Below, one piece after another: positions 11,485 to 23,890 of a stretch of 64,000 nucleotides of DNA (position 1 is its first letter; each line of letters begins with the position of its first letter). This DNA comes from Felis catus (taxonomy: Eukaryota). The stretch is from contig NC_058382.1 of the NCBI RefSeq assembly GCF_018350175.1, positions 52,082,001-52,146,000 on the forward strand, in the 5' to 3' direction. Under the pieces are notes generated by a model. That model made no database searches. It saw nothing but the letters and a program-made list of their open reading frames with translations, and had not been told where the DNA came from. The position numbers and the translations under genes are program-made.

Positions 11485-13504
11485 CAAACATAGAAGACCC
11501 GTTCGCTTGCCTTAGTTGGGAAAAATAAAGGTTTAAGACTACAGATTGGAGTTCTAGGGTCATATTTGAAAAATCCAGGAATAGTAGAAGTATTATTTGG
11601 AAGTTTTGAGGAGCTAAAATGAGAAAAAAATGAACAGTAATACTGTATAGGGAGGGCGCTAAACTGTGGTCCATTATGTTATGGTCCAGGATGGAAAGTC
11701 ATTGGCTTACTTAAGGATATGGAAAAATCTATGGATTTTAAGACCCCTAATAGATGTTGGGTGTGTGTGTGGGTGGGGGGCAGGAGGGGGGGAAGACATG
11801 CCTTTTGAAATCATATAAATTATTTTTCTTGGGGCCAGTGAGGAAAATGGAACCTACATGTGATGAAGTGTGGCACATCTTCTGTTTTGATTCCGTGCTT
11901 GGCTAACCATGAAGATTAGATTAGATCCTGCTATAAAACTACTTTGGAGGGCTGGGAAGGAGGTGGGGACTGTCAGAGGAGGGGAGCAACGCGAGGGGGT
12001 GGGAGGAACTTGGAGGGGCAGGCAGAGGTGTGGTCCTTAGCAGAGTTCCTGATACTCCTGTTGGAGCTTGTGTTTCCTTCGAGCCGTGGCTGCGAGCACG
12101 CAGCTCCTCTGTAGGATGGAGTCCCAGGAGGCAAGTTCGGGGCTGAGTTGTGGCAGAAGCAGGAGGAAGCTTGGGTCCTTAGGCCAGGAATAGGTAGATT
12201 CCAGAGGCAAATTGTGATGGGTTTGTGGGGGAGGCCTTCAGGGCTTCAGCTCAGCTGAGCAGTGGAGGCCCCCCCCCCACCCCCCACCCCCGGACCCTCT
12301 GCCTCTGGTTTTGCCCTTTGACCTCGTAGTTTGGCTCTTCACTGCTGCTTATGGCCAGTCACCGATGCCTTCGGTGTTCTGATGACATCGCACAGAGGGG
12401 GCCCCTGTGTCCATCCCCTTCTTTGCTGGTGCAGGTTGATCATGATGGCCTGTGTGTCTCTGCAATGGTGCTGCTCGCTTGTCCGGGTCCACAGCCATGT
12501 GAAGAGGGCCAGAAGTAGAGCCACACACACAACATGGAAAATGGGGATGCCAGCCCTTGAGGGTAGTTTTTGAGAAAGCGAAGGGATCGGGGAGTTAGTG
12601 GACAGCCAGTGGCTGACACGGCAATAGCCACTACTCCCTCCTACGTTTCTTCAGCAGCACGCTTCCCGCCCGCGGCTTTCCTGTCGCGGCTTCCCTGTCG
12701 CGGCAGCTGCTGTCTGGTCTGGCACCTGCCCCCAGGCTCGTTATTAACAGCTCCATCCTGGGGACTGTGAAAATGAAGGTGTTGGTCGTAGTTTGCACGC
12801 ACTAGCTTGGCCAGTTGGGGTCCATCACACCAGAGGAGTTAGTGGCAAGAGGGGCCCTTGGCTTGAGCCAGCCCAGTCGGTAGTCGGCGGAGAAGGCTCT
12901 CTCGTCTGAGGGGCTGGGAGCCAGAGGGATATTCATGTGGGCGGCTAGCAGCCATGTGTCCTGCCACAAGGAGACAGGGTAAGAGAGGATCTAGTAGGTC
13001 TTGGACTCTTAGTTTCTCCCACTCCCAGCCCCTAATGGCCGCAGCTCATGTTCAGTCTGGTCAGTTTTGGTCTACAGATACGATAAGAGGAGGAGCTGGG
13101 CCCCTTTAGAGCAGTTCGGCTCAGGTCCGGCATCTATTCGGTGGCTGCCTCTAGTCATGCTGGTACTATATGGTTTGAATCCCAGCTCAGCTTCTTAGTG
13201 AGCCGGGTCGTTAATTTCTGAGCTGACCCCCTGCCCTGCGTGCTTCATGGATTGCAAAGTGACTGTGCTAATGATGGAGGGTTCTGGACCGAGCACCTTC
13301 CATGTCATGGGTTCATGTATTGGAGTCCCTTTGTGCTGTCCCTCCAGACCCCACTTGGTGTTCGCTTGGAACCCAGGCCACCAGGAATCTCATAATCACC
13401 TGATTTTCTCAAGGGCCTTTACTTGAGTCTGGAGCCCGGTCTAAACACTAAAGATGAATACCAGCTTCAAGCTCACTTGTTTCATTTCCCACTCCCTTTT
13501 ATTA

Positions 13505-13724
13505 AAAAAAATTTCTTTAATGTTTTTATTTATTTTTGAGAGAGAGCAAGATACAGTGCGAGCAGGGGAGGGACAGAGAGAGGGAGGGAGACACAGAATC
13601 CCAAGCAAGCTGCAGGCTCTGGGCTGTCAGCACAGAGCCCGACACGGGGCTTAAACTCACGAACCACGAGATGGTGACCTGAGCTGAAGTTGGATGCTTA
13701 ACCGACTGAGCCACGCAGGCGCCC
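13505..13724 (-). mobile_element. CAN-SINE
   Basis: Reverse SINE ending ccacgcaggcgccc. Confidence 0.93.
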
Positions 13725-14699
13725 TTCACTCCTGTTTAAAAAACAAAATTGGAATAAAATATATTTTACGTCCTCCCTTCTTGACCCCTGCGATGAGGAC
13801 TAGATCAGGCAAGACAGCGCTGCTGGACCACAGGATCGTGTCCCATCGAGTCTAGTGCCATCAGCCACGTGATCCCTTTGGTAAGGATTAGGAAAGGTGC
13901 CCCTCTTGCTTTGTAGCCCACAGCCCCTCACCGCCTGGGCTCATAGCCTCGTGAACACAGTTCATGTTGGAAGACAGGCCCCCTTACCATTTGGACCACG
14001 CTGTTGCGTTGAACTGACTAGCTTGGGTGATCTTCCTCTGGTTACAGGTAGGGAAGGTAGAAAAATATACTCCTGCTGATTGAAAATAGCAGAATAATGA
14101 GTTTCTAATACATGTGTTTGAGCTTTCAACAAAATGCTCCAAAAACATGTCCTGTGATCTCAGCATTTCAGAAGTCTTCATTTTAAAAACTTTGGAAATG
14201 TGTTTTGTACACATTATATATAACATCCTACCTAAATATGTTAATTCCATTTTATTAGTTTTGATCTCTCTCTTTTTCTCCTGTACATGGTTGCTGTTTT
14301 ATAGCTATAGTTTGGTGGAATTAAGACAGATTTCCTACATGAGGCACATTTTGGGTGAGGATTACAGCAAGGCATGTTCTTGATCCTTGAAAGGGATTGT
14401 CATCTGAGGCAGGATTTTTGAGCATGACATTTCAGAGTAGTATGAAGAAGACTGGGAAATGCAGCTACGTGGAGAAATGAATTGCAATAATGGCCAGGGT
14501 GGTTCTCAGAATTTATGGGATATTTGACCATAGGAGCAAACTTCCCTGAGGAATGATGGGATGTTGGTGCTTGGGATATTCTTAATGAATCTGCTTTGGC
14601 TATATTGAAGGTAGGACACAGAGAATGCCAGTTTCATAAGGATTAACCCACAATTATATGGAGAATAAAAAGGTGAGACCATTTTATCTTTTAGGGGAA

Positions 14700-14850
14700 A
14701 TTAGTTAACCTGTTTCTGCATTTTCATGTATAAGAGGAGGATGAAAATCATCCCTATGTCCCTGGGTTTTTGTGAGGAAATAGTGGGTATTCATAATAGC
14801 TTAGAACAGTGCCTGGTACGTGGTAAACACTTTGTAATGTTATTGGTTTC
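14700..14850 (+). mobile_element. MIR
   Basis: ttgtgaggaaat...gcttagaacagtgcctggtacgtggtaaacact. Confidence 0.78.
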
Positions 14851-15116
14851 TTTTCACTGTTTTCCACCCAATGACTATTCATTACTCTAAAGCTCTTGAT
14901 AGAGATGATGGTTGATATTTCTCTTCCTTGTCCGTGTTTTGACAATAATTATTTTTTTAAAAAAGGCTTTTATCCATTAGGTGAGAATTTTTTTTATGGG
15001 CCTGCTGCTGCTATAGTTGAATATTACGAATTCTGTGACTTATGTAAAAAAAGGCCAAAACACCATTATGACTTGAATCTTGTGGTAGACGTCTTCCTAG
15101 TTGACTGGCAGGGATA

Positions 15117-15522
15117 GTGTATGAGTCAGCTTTTGCTGCTATAACAAGCATTTCCAGATTTTCAAGGGCTGACAAAAACACATGTGTATTTCTTTGCTCA
15201 TGACACCTGAGGGCCGTGGTTGGCTGCAGCTCTACTGTCTTAGCTGGGCTTCCCTGTGCTGTATCTCATGCCTCCTCTTTCCAGGACCCAGGCTACAGGA
15301 GAAGTCACTAGGGCCTTGTTGTTCTCTTGACAGATGGCAAAGCCCAAGGGACTTTTGTTCAGACACTGTGATACCTCATGTCTGCTTCATATTCCATTAG
15401 CCGTATCAAGTGTCATGGCTAAAACCAACATCCGTGGGACAGGAATGTGTATCCCACCTACTGGAAAGCATAGCAAAGGCAAGGAGGGAACATTAATTAT
15501 GAATCAATAATACAGTATACCA
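15117..15522. mobile_element. MLT1J-like solo LTR
   Basis: tgagtcagcttttgctgctataacaa...tatttctttgctcatg...ccaggacccaggct...cattagccgtatcaagtgtcatggc...aataatacagtatacca. Confidence 0.75.
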
Positions 15523-16454
15523 AAGATGGCTTTCTTAATACTGGTACCATTTATCTTTCCTAAAATACTGCTTCACAAATTTGTTTAACCTTTTCTTTTA
15601 AACTCTTTTAAGCATTTAAAACCATAAATACAATCATAGCAAAAAAAAAAAAAAAAGGAAGAAGAGAGAGAGAGACAGATAGAAAGAAAGAAAGGAGCAT
15701 CTGACACAGTCAGGAAAATATTGACCCATCTTATTTCCGAGAATGAAACCAGTGGTCTTTGAGTGACCAGCATTAACCCAGCATTAATGACACAAGTAGG
15801 AAATACCAGAGTCGTCGAAAGAGGCATCCAGATTTACGGCCTCTCCCAGACTTCTCTAATCGAGGCTGTTTTCCCTGTAGATGCCTTAGTCAATCAGTAA
15901 TTAATTTGAAATCCAAAGTTTCATTAAGTGTTATTGAGTCTCCTCACACTGACGTTTGTAGTGCTATATTTCTTTAAAATCACAAACCATTTTTCATACT
16001 GTCGTTTGCATATTTTAGCAGAAAAGATTGCAGTTCTGGTATAAATGACCCAGTTTTCTGGATATATTTACTTGAGTGTCATAAACTTATTATCCCTCTC
16101 TTCCACTTCATTGCTTTTCTGCTTTTCTCAAGTATTTTGAAATCGTATTTAAAACATCATTACAGCCTCTGAGTTCTGTCTAAAGTATAAATACATTTCA
16201 CCGGCTGACTATTTTCAAAACAATACCAAGTAGCTTGTTGTATTTAGGTCCGGTCTTCTCTCCCTGCAGTACAATGATACGTTTTGAGTGTTTAGAGGCT
16301 GGTAAGACTTGGGAGTGACCCAGTATCGATAAGGTAGGGAATTTGCATGAATACAGTTGCTAAAATGGAGAGAGGTAGACTCAGCCAAAAATAACTTGTT
16401 CGTGTTGAAGTTTTGGAGGCCTGAGAGTGAAGATACACCTTTTTAAGATTTACT

Positions 16455-16677
16455 AATTTTTTTATTTTTTTAAAGTTTATTTATTTATTTTGAGAGAGAA
16501 AGTGAGCGCGTGCGCAAGCAGGGGAGGGGCGGAGAGAGGGAGAGAGAGAATCCCAAGCAGGCCCTGTGCTGTCAGTGCAGAGCCCCACTTGGGGCTTGAA
16601 TTCATGGACTGTGAAATCATGACCTGAGCTGAGATCAAGAGTCGGATGCTCAACCGACTTGGCCACCCAGGCACCCC
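16455..16677 (-). mobile_element. CAN-SINE
   Basis: Reverse SINE; short TSD aagattta (16445-16452 / 16679-16686). Confidence 0.93.
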
Positions 16678-16959
16678 AAAGATTTATTTTTTTGACACCA
16701 ATAGGCTGCGCCTTTCAAGTCCCTGAGCTTTGCCCCTAAAGCTGCTTTGTGGGTGACGTGTTTGCTTTTTAATTAAAAACAAGCAAAAAAAGATAGTGCT
16801 TAAGTATCCAAATTTCTGGCTTCTCTTAAAAATACTGGAAGACTCGGCAATCATTAACTGGGACTGAGTAGCAGCTGCTTTTTTATAGGTGGGGGAGGGC
16901 CTCACAGGACCCCCACCCCTCTACTCTGCATACTGTTCCTGCCTGCCTTCACCCTCAGT

Positions 16960-17160
16960 CCTGTGCCTTTTAAACCACCTTCTCTTTTATTTTTAGCACT
17001 TGTAATGTGCTAACATTTTATTTAATCTTCTCATGTGTTGTATTCATTGTTTCTTGACTGCCTCCCCCCGCCCCCCATGGAATGTGCATTCTCATGTAAA
17101 ACATAGTTTTGCAAATAGCAGACCCTGTTGAATAAATGTTCCTTGACAGAATTAGTGAAT
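16960..17160 (+). mobile_element. L2 3' fragment
   Basis: tagcacttgtaat...tgactgcctcccc...ggaatgt...aataaatgttcc...gtgaat. Confidence 0.6.
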
Positions 17161-18199
17161 GGAGTTGTTACCTGGCTGACATTTGCACTTAACAGCTTCT
17201 TCTGCCTTCTGCTGAGATCCTGTTGGACATCCCCCACCCGGTTTCCCCAGACCCGGCAAGCTATTGTATGCCCCACTACCTTGGTATGTGCTGACAGTTC
17301 CATGTTTAGGGCCCACCGTTAATTCCTTGTTCAGACCCTTGGCTTCTTTGTGCTCCACAAGCATTGTGCCGTGTGTGAGACTTTCCCTGGGACCCGCAGG
17401 TTGACCGGGACCGGCCCCTTCATGAAGCCTGGCTCGTTCCTCTGCGTCAGCTTTACCCAAGAATGCCTGAACCCCTTGAGCAGTAGGGGTGTGACTGATC
17501 CTCTCTGTGACCCAGCTCCTGGCTCCCCTCCCCCTGGTTTGTAGGGGATGATGAAATGGCCTCCAAAGGAATTCACGTATATCAGCTGCTGAATGGTCCT
17601 GACCACCGTCCACCGTCTAGAAATTTCTGCATGTTACAATTGGGAAAGAAGTGAGAAAGACTGAATTCCATTCCAGATTAGCGTTTGACGTTTCCTCACT
17701 TCCCTATGTCTGGTGCCCAGGAATGTTAGACGTAAACTGAGAAAAGACAGAAGTAATTCGTGCTCTAACATTCTAGTTTCCTCTTATTGGAGAAGAACAC
17801 AGATCTGTGTTTTATCTCAGATGGTCACCTTTGCCTTGTTTTAGTGTACTTTTTGGCAGGAGAAGATCATGTGGAATTGATTGTGAGGGCATAGAAAATC
17901 TTATAATACTATACCTTAAAAAAAAAAGTTTAGATGATTGTAACTTTCAGCCATATCTACAATTATTTTGAATGTATTATAAGCTGGTTAAAATATTCCA
18001 TTAATGAAAAAGGTAGGCCTAGCTTATGGTAAATACACTACTAAGTGTTTATAGAACATTTCATATTTTACATGATTTCCTTTATAATTCTGCTTATCTT
18101 TTCATTGTAATTCCCTGAAGGACATATAAAGGAACCCCTAAAGAGAGTAATTACTGTTGTACTCTTTAACCAGGGCTCCTTTTGCAAAGAGAAATCTAA

Positions 18200-18720
18200 G
18201 CTGCTTTTTAAAGAAGGCCGTTTTTAAATAAAAATGCAAATAAGCTACTTTGTAACCACATTAATTACCCACCTAGCCTCTTATTACCATGTTTGTATTG
18301 TTTGCAAATACTATTTACAGTCGTGTGGAAATTAACATTACTGGTCCTGAGGAAAGATTGTAGTGGGGAGGTTGTGCTTTGGAACCAATTAGGGCGAACC
18401 TTGTCTGCACCGAGACTCTGGGGAAAAAAACACAGCCTTGCAATGTCAAATAATAGCATTAGCTCTGACTGCATAGGCAGAGCGCTGTAATTATATTATT
18501 GGCCCTATTTTGCTTCTGCAATGAATTTCATTGCCTGCATTGTAAAATCAGCAGGCAGCAAAGTTTCTGCTAATGATTTAATGTACTCTCTGATCATTTT
18601 GGACAAAAGTCATGGTAAGATCCATGAGGCAATTTTATCACCCCCACTGACTGCTGCCTGGGTTGAGCATTTTAAGTGAGGGCAAAACATGATTCTGATT
18701 TCCTTGTTATCCTTGCGAAA
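18200..18720. promoter_or_regulatory. Candidate conserved non-coding element / enhancer
   Basis: Repeat-free, AT-rich; octamer ATGCAAAT at 18234-18241 and several TAAT/ATTA cores; conservation not testable here. Confidence 0.4.
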
Positions 18721-18779
18721 TCCTTCGCACACATAAGAGAAAATTACTCACGTGGTATGTAAGCTTGAGTTGAGGGCCA

Positions 18780-19430
18780 GCCCTGTGCCAGGCGTGGTAC
18801 CGGGCACTTGACCTCCATTAGTCCTCACTCCTGAGTACCTCTGTGACTGTGATTTCATCTCCTTTTTTATAGAAAGGAAACTGAGGACCCGCTTCAATAT
18901 AAACACACCATGTGGATGACACTCTAAACAGTGATTAAATTATCCCCCTTTCACATCAGGTATAATGTAAATGATGCAGGCTCTTTTTGTTTTGTTTTTA
19001 ATTCAGCTAATTAGTGACTGAGCTTTATATTCTGTGATTTTTTTAAAAAAATTTACATCAAAATATCTTTTGGATTTAATGAATGCTTTCCATGTGCTTT
19101 GAAGTTAATTTCAGTTTAATACACATTACCATGCAACATTTGTCCCATCCTTTTAGGAAGTGTCTATGAATAAACTCGTTCTTTGGTGGAGAGCTATGTA
19201 TTCTTCCAGTGTTCACCCAAGGAGAGAGGGAGAGAAGGGAAACCAAGTCCTTATCACGTGCCACATGTTTACCGACATGAGCTAATCTAATCCTCTCGCC
19301 ACACCGTGAAACGGACATCAGTGTCCCCATCTGAAAAATGAGGGGAAAGTCAGTAATAGGTAAACAGCTTGCCTGAGGCTGCACCGTTGACTCCTTAGTA
19401 GAAGTAGAATTTGAAAACAGAACCCACATG
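18780..19430 (-). mobile_element. Two MIR fragments (about 18780-18890 and 19245-19430)
   Basis: tttatagaaaggaaactgagg; taatcctctcgccacacc...gcttgcctgagg...gtagaatttgaa. Confidence 0.6.
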
Positions 19431-19774
19431 TTTTAACTAAACATAGCAAACTGACAAGGTCATAGACTCCTCCTTCCTTCCCCCACCCTTTCCTTTAATT
19501 TCCTCCCTTTCCCTTTTTTTTTTTAAACAGCAAGTGTGTGGTAATTGTGGAACAGATGGCAGTTTTCACTCCTTTGCCTAAAACTGTAGTTTATCAACCA
19601 AAAACGTACCGCTGTCCACTTGCAGCAGTTGGTGAGCCATTCTCATCTCCGCAGGTGCTTGCCCTCCAGCCCTCCATTCCCAGGCTGCCTCCCCTTTCCT
19701 GGGGCAGGTGCATTTGGGGGTCTCAGCACACACTAAACTGGTAGTACAGCTACTTCCAGACTGAATGCTGCTTT

Positions 19775-20037
19775 TTTGAAATTTTATTATTATTTTTGTT
19801 TATTTTAAAATAAAAAAAAATGTTTATTTGTTTTTGAGAGAGAGAGAGACAGGCAGACAAAGAGTGCAAGCCGGGGAGGAGCAGAGAGAGAGAGAGGGAG
19901 ACACAGAATCCAAAGCAGGCTCTAGGCTCCGAGCTGTCAGCACAGAGCCCGATTCGGGGCTTGAACTCCCGAACCTCAAGATCATGACCTGAGTTGTAGA
20001 AGATGGAGGCTCAACAGTCTGAGCCCCTTAGGTGCCC
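19775..20037 (-). mobile_element. CAN-SINE
   Basis: Reverse SINE with gagacacagaatccaaagcaggctc...ggtgccc. Confidence 0.92.
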
Positions 20038-20234
20038 TAAACCCAATTCTTACTGGAAGAATTAAGATGAAACCAAAACCCAAAACAACAACAATACACC
20101 ACACCCCCTGCCCCCAGGCACACACAAGAAAGTTAATATTTGCAATTATTAGGGGAAAAATCAAGTAGTTCTGAAGGGCTAATAATAGCAAGCAGTAGCC
20201 TCTTACCCTACCTTCCCACCCTCTGCTTTTGTCC

Positions 20235-20330
20235 ACTCATTCATTCATTCATTCATTCAACAAATACTGTAGAGAATGGATTCTGTGCCCGGCGCTTTTC
20301 TGGGTACTGCTTTATAGGATGAACAAAGGC
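20235..20330 (-). mobile_element. L2 3' end
   Basis: (cattt/catt)n then caacaaatactg...ttctgtgcccggcgc. Confidence 0.7.
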
Positions 20331-21324
20331 AGCCACTTTGAACAGTTGGTGTTTTTGATGCTTCTAGTGGCTGCCTCCTGTGTCTCAACAGTGTGCTTAA
20401 ACTGCCATGTCTTGATCTCTCAGTTTCAGGGACTTGCTAATGACGTTTGCTGTTACGGATGTGGATTCAGCTCACTGATACCAACTTCATTGGTTCTATC
20501 TTCTCGCTCCCATTGTGTTTGCAACGTCAGATTTCTGTATTATATATTTATATTGTACATTCTGTGAATTATATGCATGTATGTATGCACTTATATGTGT
20601 GTGTATATATGTGTGTACATGTATTTATATGGTACGGATGTGTGTGTTTTCTACTCTGGAAGTGCCCTTGACTCTGTACCTTGTTAGGTGAGCCTTTTGG
20701 TATCTGCTACCAATATTTCCACTTTTTCTTTTTTTCCCTTTGCCCCCTAATTTCTGCCTCATACACTTCTATTTTGTCGTGAATAATAACATTTGCAATC
20801 CATCCTATAGCCATAATTAAATTTCCTGCATTATCTATGGGTTATTTTTTTCAAGGTTTACTCTAACTTTTAGTATGACTTAGCAAATGCCATTTAAAAG
20901 TTTTTGACACAAAATCTTCTTTTTATTTAAATCCAAGTGGGTTAACATACAGTGTTACAATAATTTCAGGAAGAGAATTTAGTGATTCATCACTTACATA
21001 TCACAGTGCTCATCCCAGCAAGTGTCCTCCTTAATGCCCGTCACTCCTTTAGCCCATCCCCCCACCCAACACCCCTCCAGCAACCCTCAGTTTGTTCTCT
21101 GTATTTAAGAGTCTCTTATGGTTTGTTTCCCTATTTTTATCTTATTTTTGCTTCCCTTCCCTTATGTTCATCTGTTTAGTTTCTTAAACTCCACATATGA
21201 GTGAAATCATATGATATTTGTCTTTCTCTGACTGACTTATTGCGTTTAGCATAATAGACTCTAATTCCATCCATGTTGTTGCAAATGACAGATTTCATTC
21301 ATTTTGATCGCTGAGTAATATTCC

Positions 21325-21462
21325 ATTATATATTATTATGTGTGTATATATAAATACACGTATTTATGTATACATATGTATACACATATTTATGTATATA
21401 TATGTATATATATGTATATGTGTGTGTATTTATATATACACATAAATATATATATGTGTGTG

Positions 21463-21493
<31 letters not shown>
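21325..21493. repeat. Compound (TA)/(TG)/(CA) microsatellite within L1
   Basis: Directly visible; expanded at the site where the 56.4 kb L1 copy reads tgtgtatataaaccac. Confidence 0.95.
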
Positions 21494-21681
21494 CACATCT
21501 CCTTTATCCATTCATCCATCGATGGACATTTGGGCTCTTTCCATACTTTGGCTATTGTTGATAGTGCAGCTATAGACATTGGGGTGCGTGTGCCCCTTAG
21601 AAATAGCTTACCTGTATCCCTTGGCTAAATGCCTAGTAGTGCAATTTCTGGGTCGTAGGGTAGTTCTATTTTTGATTTTTT

Positions 21682-21917
21682 TTTATTTTTTGATTTAAAA
21701 AAAAATTTTTTTTTCAACGTTTATTTATTTTTGGGACAGAGAGAGACAGAGCATGAACGGGGGAGGGGCACAGAGAGAGGGAGACACAGAATCGGAAACA
21801 GGCTCCAGGCTCTGAGCCATCAGCCCAGAGCCCGACGCGGGGCTCGAACTCACGGACCGCGAGATCGTGACCTGGCTGAAGTTGGACGCTTAACCGACTG
21901 CGCCACCCAGGCGCCCC
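21682..21917 (-). mobile_element. Young feline-type CAN-SINE inside L1
   Basis: TSD tatttttgatttttt at 21667-21681 and 21918-21932. Confidence 0.95.
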
Positions 21918-23139
21918 TATTTTTGATTTTTTGAGGAACCTCCATACTGTTTTCCAGAGTGGCTGCACCAGTTGGCATTCCCACCAGCAGTGCCACCACC
22001 AGTGGCCGCATCCTCACCAATATCTGTTGCCTGAGTTGTTAATGTTAGCCATTCTGACAGGTGTGAGGTGGTATCTCATTGTGGTTTTGATTTGTATTTT
22101 CTGTGGATTGATTCTAAAAGATGAGAAACAATATACATTTACATCTTTATGGTCCTATAATTATTTCTTACCCAAGGCCAATTAATGTGGCTCTATTATA
22201 TCTCCTTTTCTAGGGTTCTTTCTGTGTTATGACCCTTGGACAATGACCTTAATGTTCACAGGGGTTCTCCTTTCTTATCCTCTCTCAATTGCTATCATAA
22301 TGGCATGCTGTTAGTTCATTAGAGGGCTTAGGGGTGCAGATTCTGAATCGCCTTGGTGCCCGTTACCTGATATTTTTGAGCCTGATGAGGTGATCTTTTA
22401 TCCAAATGTCTGACTCAGGTACACATGTCATCCACCCCTCGGTCTCCCCCTCCCCCACCAATTACATCTGGGAGTGTCTTGCTCAGGCTCATTTCCAGAC
22501 TCAGAGATCTCTCTTCTCTCTTGTTCGAATCAAGTGGTGGATGGCATTTATGTATATAGGCTTCCTCATCAATGAGTCGTTGACAGACTAAGCAGCCTGT
22601 TGGGTGGAATGATCAATGGTGGGAGGAAGGACACTAACATATGCAAGGAGAGCCATTCCAAGTAGGAAAAATAATTATTTATGGACCTATGAAGGTAGTG
22701 GGTTGAGAAGTCACCAGTGACCCAGTGGCCAGTGTGCACCCTGGTTTTCTTTTGAAGCCTGGTGAGACAGCCAGCAAAGAAATAAGGCATTGCTTACTAT
22801 CTCCTCCTTCGGGTGTCACCAACAGGTTTCCATGGCTAGACTTTGAGCCAGTGGCAGAACGTCAAAGATAGAAGGGCAGTATTTGTTGTTCATTCTCTGA
22901 CTGTGTTCCCTCTACACATAGTAGGCAATTCACAGTTACTCTCCAGCCTTCTGATTTCCTCCTGTTTTGTTTCCCTTGACCCACTGCGAAATTAGCTGAG
23001 TTCTCATTCTGTCACCTGGCTTACATGTCTTCAATTGATTTTCTATATGGTTGTAGCATTTGCGCTTGCTACAGTAACAAAGAATGGAAGGAAGGAAGGA
23101 AAGAAAGAAAATGAAAGGAATAAAAACAAGGTTTGGTCC

Positions 23140-23300
23140 AGGCACTTGGCCTCTCTGAGCCTCAGTTTCCCCATGTGTAAAATGTGATATTAATAGCTGC
23201 TTTGTAGGGCTGTTGTGAGTGCTTCAGGTGGTATTGCTGAAGTCTTAGCAGAGTGTTTATTATAGCTTAGATCGCCACAACATTTTTATTATTGTCATTC
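23140..23300 (+). mobile_element. MIR
   Basis: cctctctgagcctcagtttccccatgtgtaaaatg...tagggctgttgtgag. Confidence 0.82.
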
Positions 23301-23668
23301 TTATTACCGCACTCACACATCAGGGGCGGTTGGCTTCTTAGGTGATTGCATGAGGCTTGCCCTTGTATGATGTTTATTCATCGTGAATCCACGTACTGGG
23401 AGATCCAGCTGCCATGATCAAAGCCCGAGGGAAGCTTTGTTATGTCTAAGGGCTGGATTAATTTTAGAGTATGGTGGTCTTTGCCCAAGGTGAGCTTGTC
23501 TGTTTGCATTAGGCATCCCCATTCTGTATCTTGGACCGACCCTCGCTGCTCTTGCCTGCCTTCTCTGGATGGAGTGCTTTGCACGCGTGCATTCATGATC
23601 CTCAGCACTCGAGGGGAAAACAGGCATCACTCCCAAGTTCAGTTTAGGCTAGTAAAAAATTCATTCCA

Positions 23669-23890
23669 GGGGCGCCTGGGTGGCTCAGTTGGTTGAGCGT
23701 CCGACTTCAGCTCAGGTCATGATCTCCCGGTTCGTAAGTTCGAGCCCCGTGTCGGGCTGTGTGCTGACACCTCAGAGCCAGGAGCCTACTTGGGATTCTG
23801 TGTCTCCCTCTCTGTCTCTCTGCACGCGCCCCCCCCCCCCCGCCCCCACTCATGCTCTGTCTCTCTCTCTAAAAAATAGCATTAAAAACA
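23669..23890 (+). mobile_element. CAN-SINE
   Basis: ggggcgcctgggtggctcagttggttgagcgtccgacttcagctcaggtcatgatc...; imperfect TSD aat(t/a)cattcc. Confidence 0.95.

Larger units (their letters stand above)
20915..22100 (-). mobile_element. Carnivore L1, 5'-truncated (3' UTR plus ORF2 C-terminus), interrupted by a TA/CA microsatellite and a SINE
   Basis: gtgctcatcccagcaagtgtcctcc, tgagtgaaatcatatg, gatggacatttgggctctttcca, ggaacctccatactgttttccagagtggctgcacc. Confidence 0.92.

Noticed and set aside
23669..23760. tRNA-like heads with A/B boxes
   Set aside because: These are the tRNA-derived 5' parts of SINEs, followed by a (CT)n tract and A tail; not tRNA genes.
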